DNA of 61,440 bases, filler included, from Basidiobolus ranarum (taxonomy: Eukaryota): assembly GCA_040143965.1 (NCBI GenBank). It is 6 parts of 6 records of this genome, joined end to end, with 100 filler letters (N's around TTAATTAATTAA, not from the genome) between each part and the next. Parts side by side here need not be neighbours in the genome. Positions count along the whole stretch, not along the records: positions 51,303 to 61,440 come from JASJQH010000735.1; 5 more parts are not named here. The stretch is one strand, 5' to 3'. The notes beneath the pieces were generated by a model. The model was not told the origin of the DNA, did not search any database, and saw nothing but the letters and a program-made list of their open reading frames with translations. How positions within the stretch are numbered: position 1 is the stretch's first letter; each line of letters begins with the position of its first letter. The position numbers and the translations under genes were made by a program. Positions 51,734-61,440 of this stretch are shown one piece after another.

Positions 51734-53356
51734 ATGACTGACAATTATTTCAGCAGTGACACAAAAGGTCCTGCGCTTACCGCTTCAACCATTGATTCTA
51801 CCCCTCCCACTGCTCCTCCTCCTCCCACTTCTTCCAATCCAATTTTGAGACAAATTCTTTGGCATTATGGTACTACCACCTCCGTTAGGGATCCCTCACA
51901 AATCGAACGTGAGCGTTTTCTAGTTGGAAGCGTTCCATTTAATAGATGGTGTTTGATGCCGGCTGCTGTGGTCATTCAATTCTGTTGCGGATCCTTATAC
52001 GCTTGGAGTGTATTTAATGATCCCATTGATAACGCTATTCGCCCTGGATCTACTGAGAAGCTTGCTCCCATCACTTTCTCCATTGCTGTTGGAGTGTTTG
52101 GTATATCTGCAGCTACCATGGGTCCTTGGTTGGAGAGAAACGGCCCCAAGAAAGGTGCCTTGTTGTCATCTACTTTGTTCTACCTGGGTAATTTAATCTC
52201 GGCATTGGCTGTACATTTGAAGCAAATGTGGTTGCTCTATATAGGTTTTGGTATTATTGGAGGATTTGGTCTTGGGTTGGGGTACATATCTCCCGTTTCC
52301 TCTCTTCAAAAATGGTTCCCAGATCGTCGTGGTCTTGCAGCCGGGTTTGCGGTGTGTGGATTTGGTGCTGGGTCCATTGCTATCGGGAAAGTGATTTTGC
52401 CTTTGATCGCGGCGGTTGGACTTCCTCTTACATTCGTCATACTGGGTAGTTTCTACTTTGTGTTTATGGTGAGTGCCGCATTTGTACTCCGAGTTCCTCC
52501 ACCTGGTTATACTGTCATCGCTACGCCAACCGCCCAGACTGAGGTCAATGAAAAGGGTGGAGCAGTGGTTCAACAACCAGTCATCAAATTAACATTGATC
52601 GAATCCATTACCTCGAGGGACTTTATACTTTTATACATTGTATTCTTCGCAAATGCCATCTTCGGTCTTGTAGTTATCTCCAGATTGGCCAATATGATCA
52701 CCGATTTGTTTGGTTATGATAAAAATGCTGCTGCCACAATCGTGTCCATCAATGGTGGATTCAATCTGTTTGGACGTATATTCTTCTCCACCATTTCCGA
52801 TTTTGTAGGAAGAAAGGTGTGCTTCTTGTTTATGTTGGTGATACAGGTTGTGGTTATGGCCACCTTTAACATCATCACTAGCACACAAACCTACTGGGCT
52901 TTCCTTCTCACCATGTTCTCCCTGACTGCCTGCTACGGTGGAGGTTTTGGTGTTATTCCTGCATTCTTGGCTGATATGTTCGGACCTACAAATATTGGTG
53001 CTTGTCACGGAATCATCCTTACTGCCTGGTCCATTGCTGGTGTTGGAGGTGGTTTGGTATTCACTGCAGTTTACAACAATATGATTTCCAGCGGAAGTAC
53101 CAAGAGTGACCCAAGAACCTATGTCGTTAACGTGTACTGGATTTTAGTATTTGTGTTGATTGGCCTCATTGCTGGTGTATTTGTACGCACAACAATGAAA
53201 GATCGTCTTCTTCCTGCAGTTCCAGGACAGATTTTGCGCATGAGAATATTCGGCAAGACCGTACGCTTGGTGAATAACAATGGAATGCGTCTCGAAACAC
53301 TAACATTCGAGCAAGAAGAAGCGGAATGGAATCAATATTTGTCTCAATTGCAATAA
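51734..53356 (+). CDS. MFS transporter, oxalate:formate antiporter / YhjX-like family (intronless)
   Basis: 540 aa, about 12 TM; GSLYAWSVF, GLGLGYISPVSSLQKWFPDRRGLAAG, CYGGGFGVIPAFLADMFG. Confidence 0.92.
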   Translation: MTDNYFSSDTKGPALTASTIDSTPPTAPPPPTSSNPILRQILWHYGTTTSVRDPSQIERERFLVGSVPFNRWCLMPAAVVIQFCCGSLYAWSVFNDPIDNAIRPGSTEKLAPITFSIAVGVFGISAATMGPWLERNGPKKGALLSSTLFYLGNLISALAVHLKQMWLLYIGFGIIGGFGLGLGYISPVSSLQKWFPDRRGLAAGFAVCGFGAGSIAIGKVILPLIAAVGLPLTFVILGSFYFVFMVSAAFVLRVPPPGYTVIATPTAQTEVNEKGGAVVQQPVIKLTLIESITSRDFILLYIVFFANAIFGLVVISRLANMITDLFGYDKNAAATIVSINGGFNLFGRIFFSTISDFVGRKVCFLFMLVIQVVVMATFNIITSTQTYWAFLLTMFSLTACYGGGFGVIPAFLADMFGPTNIGACHGIILTAWSIAGVGGGLVFTAVYNNMISSGSTKSDPRTYVVNVYWILVFVLIGLIAGVFVRTTMKDRLLPAVPGQILRMRIFGKTVRLVNNNGMRLETLTFEQEEAEWNQYLSQLQ

Positions 53357-53910
53357 AGGGGACAATCAATGATTTCCTCATTAACTACTTCACTTTGACA
53401 GTTTTTCTCACCCCCATCCCATCCCGTGTCTGTACTGACCTCTCTTTATAGTTATCTTTTTGGAAAATTTCATCTTTCCTTTTCTTAAATCTAATGGAGT
53501 CTAAGAACAGTGTTTCTTTATATCATACTACGAATTCTTGGGTATCTAGATACGCAGAATTCACTTATCCCTTGACAAACTCCATCCCTTATACCTATTC
53601 TCTCAGGTTGTTTGAAGTAATCCATGAATGCCGTTTACTCCTTTAATTGCTAGAAAATTGACACTTGTTTATTCTTATCCTTGCCTCATTATGCAACTAA
53701 ATTGGATAAGTAAAGTGATATTACAAATAACTTTAGTACATATTAAGATTATTAGCGAAGGAGGTCATTCTTATTGTGTATTAGCATTATTAGTGAAACA
53801 TGAAGTGAACACCTTTAATGATTTTCTCACTCATGATGAATTCAACAGAACAGAGTAAGAGCTAGATGTACAATGATTATAAGATACATAAATAATATAA
53901 AAGTGAGAGA

Positions 53911-55827
53911 TCAAGACCTTGCAAATCGCTCCTGTCTAGTTTGTAGGTCCAATACTCTGTCAAGTAACTGATGGTTTTCTTCCACTAAATCAGTCACTCT
54001 AACAACAAATCTATCCAACGTAAACCTATTGGACTTTTCAGTGTTACGAGGCGCCTCTACATCTCTGGGGGAAATATCCGGAATTCGATGGAATAATTGA
54101 CGAAGAATATAGTCAACATCCTCACCTTGCTGTCGTAGCTGATCGATATCCTGTATAGCACTGGATAGCTGCTTTTGTAATCGATCGATGGCCCTACCCT
54201 GCTCCATATTTATCATGTAGACATCCTCGCCCTCTTCTAAATGGCATAATTCAAGTTCGCGTTCTAGTCGTTCTACTTTCTCTTCTAATTCTAGACGTTT
54301 CCTGCGTTCTTTATCGGCTTCCATACGAAATTTCTCTTTCTCTAGAAATGCTGGCTGTAAAACTGAATGAACCAAATGCTTCATCTCACCATCATGTTCT
54401 GGAAAGGATGGAGGGTTAAAACCCTCATCAGAAGGAGAAGTTTCTTGTAATTGGAACTCCAAGGATTCTACACGAGATCGATAAATCTCCACTTCATCTT
54501 GTAAGGCAGTCAACTTGGTCATAAGGGAAGGATAGTTCTGATTATTTGAGTGATAGATGGGTTGGGGTTGATGAAGTAAATTCAGGTCAAGTACAGTTTG
54601 AGTCGGAGCTTTTACCGGATTCCAAACGGTCTCTATATACTCCGATTCAACCGAAGGAACAGAAGATTCGGAATGAATATCAGTTAGTGAGTTGGTGGTA
54701 ACGGAGGAAATCAGGGAGCTTTCTGAATGATTCTCAAGTCCATGTTTAATTGGTTCTTCGTCTATTCCTTTTATGTTCGTCCAATCTTTCTTGGCCACTG
54801 TGATTGAAGTCAAATCATTTGGATGAAAGTAGTCTTCAGTAAGTATCTGCTGCCTGGACATGTGTAAGATAGGATGTATCCCTGAGGGGACCACGTGGTT
54901 TTCTTGCTCATCATGAGATGTGATGGTAGGAGTAGGATGGCCATCATTGGATTCGCTGTCGGGATCTACTTTGTTGATGTGCTGGAGTTTCCCGTTGGTG
55001 GAGGGGACAAAACTCTGAGCGAAATTAGATTTGGCAAGTTTGTTCTCTTGATCACTAGAAACTTTGAATAAAGCCACCGCAAGAACCCCAGCTGTGTGAT
55101 GTAGCATACGATTCAGGGTTTGATTTGCCCGTTGAGTTACTTTCCATAGACTATTGGCTACTTCATCAACCTTTCTGCCCGCATTCGCCAGTTCCTCGGA
55201 AGTTTTCTTTAATAAATATTTGTTTGATGCATGTAACTGAATTAATGTATGTGCGTTATCTAAAAATTTCGTTTCATACGATAGTAGTGAATTCAATGAA
55301 GACATTTGGTTTCTCTGGGCTTCATAATCCTAATGGAAAGTGGTTAGTGTATGTAAGGATTGTATATAGATTACCCATTAATTAATTTGTTACACAATAC
55401 GAATGAACGGTCTTACCTGGCGTAGCTGTTCCATCTGTTTAATAGTCAGTACTTTGTATTCGCACGCGTCCTGTAATGCTTGTGAGATCAGCACTTTCAT
55501 TTGATGATCCTCGGATGCTGCAATGCTAGGAATAGTCACCACGGGATTGGGAGGGATAATGTAATGCTCTGAATGTGAAGTAAACTCGGCGACTGTAGAG
55601 ATATGTGGACGGAGTAACGGTGGTAAAATAGGCAATGGCTTTTCTCTGACATCCCAGCTTTCTAGGGAATCGGCACTGGATTCGTGGATAGGAGCATACT
55701 CAGCAGTAGTAGTGTAATTGGGATTTTTTGGTGTTAGATATGACCGATCATTCGATTCACCAGCATTTCCCCTTTCTTTTGAACGAGGTAGAAGCCCTCT
55801 ACGACGAGATTGGAATAATGCTGACAT
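53911..55827 (-). CDS. Coiled-coil protein with an Up-regulated during septation (Uds1)-type domain, 2 exons
   Basis: LISQALQDACEYKVLTIKQMEQLRQ|DY...ETKFLDNAHTL...RKVDEVANSLWKV...RMLHHTAGVL fits the recalled Uds1 pattern. Intron at about 55330-55416. Confidence 0.8.
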
Positions 55828-57349
55828 CAGATCTCTTTAATAGCGAATTGAAATATCTAGTTTAAATAAGTACCGTTAGCTCGCACGAACGGTGATCAAC
55901 AGGTTTAATTTCACTAATGACAAAGGTATTGAGGCGGGTGAATTCGTAAACTGTACCTTGAGAAGGTCAGAAAAAGTTCTCTTTTAAGAGGGATTCAATA
56001 CTCTAAAGCTGGCTAATAATAACCACTCTACATTACCTCATTTCCAACTCATAACTATCCGTATGTCAGATGTGAACCAACTCATTGTTTCAAATAAATT
56101 ACGAATGGCACACAAAGGATAAAGCCACTGTAGATCCTGGTCGGAGGTGATTGGTGCGCACGAGATATGCACATCGAAGCATAGCAAATCAAATTGAATC
56201 GATGTCCGTGACAATGAATAACAAAGCTTATTTTTAGACACGGTGAACAGCATTGTTTCATAGTAATGTACAGAATGCCCGTTTGGATAGATTTGGCTTG
56301 TTGGCCCTCTAGGCACTCTGGCAAACGGGTTTATGCACTTAGCATCTTGTCGGATATAGATAGCTAATCTGTCGTGTCTGGCTGGGACATATCAGATATT
56401 TATGGAAATATTAACTATGACTTGCTATTTTGATTCCCAATTAGCGCTTAGATTTTTTTGGACATTGACTGAAATTCAGTCCCGACTAGCACACCAATGA
56501 AATGCTCCCTGCGTGGGACAAACAATAGACAAACCCCTCCATGGTTTAAATAGGTTAGGGTTAAGTTAACACGAAGCGTGGTTAAGCTATTATCATAATC
56601 CAATAGTTTAAGCATTTATTGATGCCCATAACAGGCACAGTCGATTGAACGGCTAACAGCACTTACTCACGTTAGCCCAGACAAATGGTTGGCTTTTAGG
56701 ACAAGACAAGTGATGAACTGAATGGTGAGCCGAATGGATATTTTTGGAAGTCGTTTAATTCATTAGTATTGCCTCCCGCTTTAATTGGCGCCTCTTCTCA
56801 GCGGCGTGACAGTAGCGGAGAATAGTATGCAATATATATATAACAGCATCATTGTATTAATGCAGGTAAAACCGGTCCATTCTCCCGGATTTGCTGGGTT
56901 TCTGCTTGAACAATCGAAGAAACTCAATGTGAGCTGTACTTGAAGCTATCATGATTAATATCTGCTTTGTTGCTGTAGCTATATCTAAATTGCCATATTA
57001 GTACTTCTGACACATATGGGTCAGGATTAGCCTATTAATGACTCCCTGGTTATTTTACCAGGAAGTAACTATAGCAAATCAAAAGTCCAAGATGGTCTGG
57101 ATCAAGACCTGTTATCGAACCATCATTTAGATTCCAATTATCCCTATGAAGTCTTTTTAGTTCTGTGTCGTGGTTATTTTTTTATCTTACCTCCTTTTAA
57201 CTTGTATACTTTCGTTCGAGTTTCCTCTTCACTTTATTCTATTGCTGAGCGTTACCTACTCCCAATCTGAATTTTAATAGTTTTTCGTTGTAGTTCATAG
57301 TTCCATTTAAGAAACTTGGTTATTTACTTCTTTCTCCACAAATATATCA

Positions 57350-58751
57350 ATGAAGATGGTAGCTGAAACTGCTAGACTTTCTTCAGATAACACTGCATCC
57401 CTACCTGCGATAGCCCATGTATCTCAACCCGCAAGTATTTTCGCCTTATTAAACCCCTCTGTAGACTCTTCAACAAACTACCACACTAGATCTGAGGATG
57501 AGAGTAAAGACGATAGTAAGGATGATAGCGATACAAAAAAACCGGATTCCCCTTTAAATCCTAACCGAAACTCAGGTAAGGATTTTTATTATCTATCTTT
57601 TATAAGTCAGTTTGTCTGATCTTACTTTAGAAACAGAAAAATCCCAACCTGGTCAACTTAAAGCTAAAAGAAAGCGTATTACCCCAGAACAGTTAAAAGA
57701 ACTTTTGGCTATGTTTGAGCAAACAGATACTCCTAGCTTTGAAGTTCGCGAGAGCCTATCTAAAAAACTTAACATGACAAATAGAGAAATTCAGGCATGT
57801 ATTCCCTAAACTGCTCATGGTGCTAACTGGATATAATAATTAACTGCTCACTGAATACAGGTTTGGTTCCAGAACCGTCGTGCTAAAGTTAATCGAGCTA
57901 AAGCAGAAAATGCTCACCGTTTCCTCCATCATCCCATGGGTCATCAAGCGAGTAGTGGTCATGGCACGAACTCTGGCGGAAATTGTACATATCAATTTAT
58001 TCCAGTTAACGGCACGGGAAAGATGAGAGACAACAGCTTTAATCATGCTCATCCTTATCCTCAACCACAACGACTACGCTTCCAAAACGCGATCACCAGC
58101 CATAGCAGACCCAACTACAAACAAAATGTTCCTCCTCCTATTAAAGTGGCCCCTTATAACACTCCAATGCAACCAAGCCCTATGCCATCGCCTGCTCATG
58201 GACTTTCACCTATATCACCATCATTCGGCTCTATCCAATCATTACTTTCACCACTTAATGCTATTGCCAATGGACCAGCCTCTGCAAAATGGGCATCTTC
58301 GCCAACTACTGATCGGTTTGGACATACCATGACTCCTCCATCTTCGGCCAATGTCAATGGCTCACACCAGCCTAATCCAGTCCCACCCTCTCCTAATCAT
58401 CCCTATGTTATGGGACTAAAACAATCACATCCCGGTAACTCTCCCATAAGCTCATCATATTCTCCGCAGGTGAGCGCTTTTCCTACTCAAATGTCCCCCC
58501 TGGGGCCTCGTACTGTACATCATGAAAATGGATCCTCTGCACTCAAATTCCAAAACACCAACTCGTCAGACTTCTCTCACAATCGAATCAAGCCTTTGGA
58601 GCACAACTTAAAATCATCTGAACCTGCGCATCTAGCCAACTCTATGGACATATTAGCTAGTGTTGCAGCTGAGGAGTGTGCAAAAGTTGAAGAAAGCGGC
58701 CAAAACTCACAGTCCGGGTCTAACGGTGCTAAATGGAGACCATGGGATTAA
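57350..58751 (+). CDS. Homeodomain transcription factor, 3 exons
   Basis: KAKRKRITPEQLKELLAMFEQTDTPSFEVRESLSKKLNMTNREIQ|VWFQNRRAK. The second intron (57795-57860) is GC-AG. The P/S/N-rich tail ends in WRPWD. Confidence 0.93.
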
Positions 58752-60011
58752 TGAGGGCATCAAAACCTGTAACTAGACAAGAATATACATTCCATTCGAC
58801 AGTGGATTCCATTGAGTAACATTGAACCACTTTTCACTTTGTATTTCTCTATTTCAGTAGTGTATTCGATCTGCTTTTTTTTCCAACTGATTCTTTGTAC
58901 GGATCTTCCTGTAATTTTCTTTCCGGAACAATTTTGTTTCTTAACCATTTCGAAGAATTTCTGTCATTTTCAAATTTACCATTTACCATTTAACCATTTT
59001 ACTAGCTAAGAAACCAATATCACTGCTTTTCAGAAACCTTTGATGTTCAAGGTTTTGAGTGTTGCAAGATACTCTTCACCCTACACCCTACACTTGGCTC
59101 CTCACATTTTGCACGTGTAAATAGAATTGAATAAAGCTTAAATGGTGACCTATATTTGCCAGTCGTAATTCTATCATGCTCCATTACAGGTAAAACCTAG
59201 AATCAAATACATTACTATTCGCTATATTTGACCATGCTTGATCATGACGTATACCACGAGTTGGCCATTAGTACGAGTTTAGCTACCACCTATAGTCACT
59301 CCTGGCTAGATTGGTTAGCACCTCTATGTGGAAGATACGATGAGCTATTTTAGAAAGTACCTGATTTATTTGAACCACTTAGTAGCTGAACTTTCAGCCA
59401 CCGATGAATGTATTTGGTGGAGCAGCCATTGCAAAGTAATCCTTTCATGGACAACACTATTAAGTGGTATTAGTGGTATTAGGAAATCTCCATATTTATA
59501 CGATATCTGGATTTTAATATTCAAATCATCTCCATCTTCTAGAGAATAACTTGATCCAGAATTGTTTGGAATAGAATCGATTAGATAGCGATTTCCTGTA
59601 TATATTGGGACTCACAACTTGTGTCACGTTATTCCATTATAACTGAACTGATTTCCCTATTTGGTCTGGAGAAATCTAATTAATCCTTGCTAATGCCGTC
59701 CTCTAAATTTGCTAGGGAAATGTACCGGATTTGGCGGTGAAGTTGATTTTCTGGGTTATTAAGAATTTCATGGATTTTTTAATTGATCTCTAAATCATAC
59801 TCATTTGTATCTAGTCACTCATATCCTGTTGTGATTTAGTACAACCCATGGAATCTATCAAATAACTTGAATGCTTATTCTACGAGGGACAATAAATGGG
59901 TGTAAAGTTGATTTGGGAAAATAAAATAAATTATTCTTAAACAAGCATGATTTTGAACTGGTTAAATGAAGTCTACAATCAATAAATATATAATTATCAA
60001 TGTATATGTCC

Positions 60012-61440
60012 TAAATAGTCGACCACCGATAATAATGAATCCTCACGTCTTCATAATAACCTAAAACTACAAATTCAAACAATATACATATCATGCACTG
60101 ATGATACCACAATGCCACTAACGAGAGTCTAACTTTTGACTGCTCTCTTAGCTGAAGCCTTTCAAGGATGGAAGATTGGAGAGCGGTTGGTTGTACCTGA
60201 TTGTGCCAAGGTAGTTTAGCGTAGTAGAGATTATTATTGCTATTATCGAGAAAATACCAAGATTTTTGTTATCAACGTCCATCTAGAAAGAGTTTGTCGC
60301 TGGTCGATATTAGTAAACTATCTCGAATTTGAAAGAAACCAATGTACTCAAAGTCAAATGTATCAAATGAGCCCTCGACATATGTAACTTCAAAATGCTA
60401 TGAATATGTAAAAAAACTTGATACGCTTCAGATCTGATCAAATTATCCGCTTATTGATGAAAAAAAGGATTATTTGCGTCTCCCATAGATGCATATAATC
60501 AATAAATAGTTGCCCACCGACACTGTTGAATCTTTACGTCTTAGTTATAACCTAAGACTGCAATTACAAATAATATACATATCACGCGCTGATGATATTG
60601 TGATGCCACTAGCGGGAGTCTACCTTTTGACTGCTCACTTCGCTGAAGCCTCTCGGGGATGGAAGCTTTGAGAGCGGTTATTTGTACCTGATTGTGTCAA
60701 GATAGCTGAGCGTGCATTGCTGTATTATTCTATCCATAATCTCTAAATTCAAAAATATTTTGTGCATAATTAGTATTGATAAATATGTGACACAAGTGCT
60801 ACTTAGTAGCAGATAATCATTGAGAATTCAGAATACTCTGTCTATCTAGAAAGAGGTTGTCGAAATAAATAGTGACGTGTCGAGACTGGAAGTTATGATA
60901 GTGGTTAACCAAGTGATTGTTAGAGAATGGAAAAGTTGAGGATAGTTGTGAGAGATATCGTTAATATTTTTGCACTACATTGTGTATTTATGCAGAATTA
61001 TAGGACGCATTCACAGTAGGTTCAATTAGCATATAAACAGTATTTATCCAAAGATCGCAATATATGTTCAATAGAGCGTGTATTCGAATTAACATAGGAC
61101 ACCAGACTTGTAGACATCATGTATAATTTTAGTAAATACTCGAGATCTCTTGAGTTTTGTTTTGTAGATGGCTACCAAGGATACATAATTTTGTTTGATT
61201 GATTCAAGATGAAAGAAAATGGAATCATCCATCTGGAAATGAAAAAAAAAGATTATTCGTTTTTCCCATAGATCGATACTATCGATAAATAGTCGACCAC
61301 CGACAACTATGAAACCTCACGTCTTAGTTATAACCTAAGACTGCAATTACAAATAATATACATATCACGCGCTGATGATATTGCGATGCCACTAGCGGGA
61401 GTCTACGTGTTGCCTACTCTCTTAGCTGAAGCCTCTCGGG
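60012..61440. repeat. Three diverged direct copies of a core of about 210 bp (starting 60012, 60503, 61286)
   Basis: Shared TAAATAGT...ATAACCTAA...AATATACATATCA...CTGATGATA...ATGCCACTA...GCTGAAGCCT. Flanks are also partly shared (ATCTAGAAAGAG near 60281 and 60844). Confidence 0.9.

Noticed and set aside
52008-53381. Overlapping and antisense ORFs inside the MFS gene (likewise within the HK, TrpRS and others)
   Set aside because: Shadow ORFs of real coding sequence, without independent motifs.
56551-56570. TAGGTTAGGGTTAAG as an interstitial telomere
   Set aside because: Only one perfect TTAGGG unit; expected by chance.
60085-60150. CTGATGA in the triplicated repeat as a hammerhead ribozyme core
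   Set aside because: No stem II followed by GAAA, and no compatible stems I and III.

Overview
Eukaryotic, AT-rich, intron-rich fungal DNA with short (about 50-90 nt) GT-AG introns. The gene content (HDAC8-, STK19-, DAP1- and BRCC36-like genes, a membrane hybrid histidine kinase) points to an early-diverging fungus; Basidiobolus-like is only a guess. The window is not one locus. It is six unrelated contigs of about 10.1 kb, joined by 100-nt N44-TTAATTAATTAA-N44 linkers. About 22 protein genes or fragments were reconstructed by hand-splicing. They include a hybrid histidine kinase, TrpRS, cytochrome b5, RPL14, MMS2, NMNAT, a J-protein, PHO84 (5' end), AKR1, MAM3/CNNM (5' end), STK19, NTH1, an OFA-type MFS transporter, a Uds1-domain protein and a homeobox factor. 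There are also decaying genes (PHS1 pseudogene, F-box, truncated HDAC), a copia gag fragment, a tRNA-like element and a triplicated repeat. Best leads: a fungal DAP1/Dapl1-like protein (possible ribosome-dormancy factor), a TPR-metallo-beta-lactamase fusion, an apparently catalytically dead BRCC36-like MPN protein next to MMS2, a homeodomain protein with a C-terminal WRPW motif and a GC-AG intron, a structured oversized intron in NMNAT, and a Cys-rich receptor-like protein built by exon duplication. Family assignments rest on motifs recalled from memory, not on database searches.
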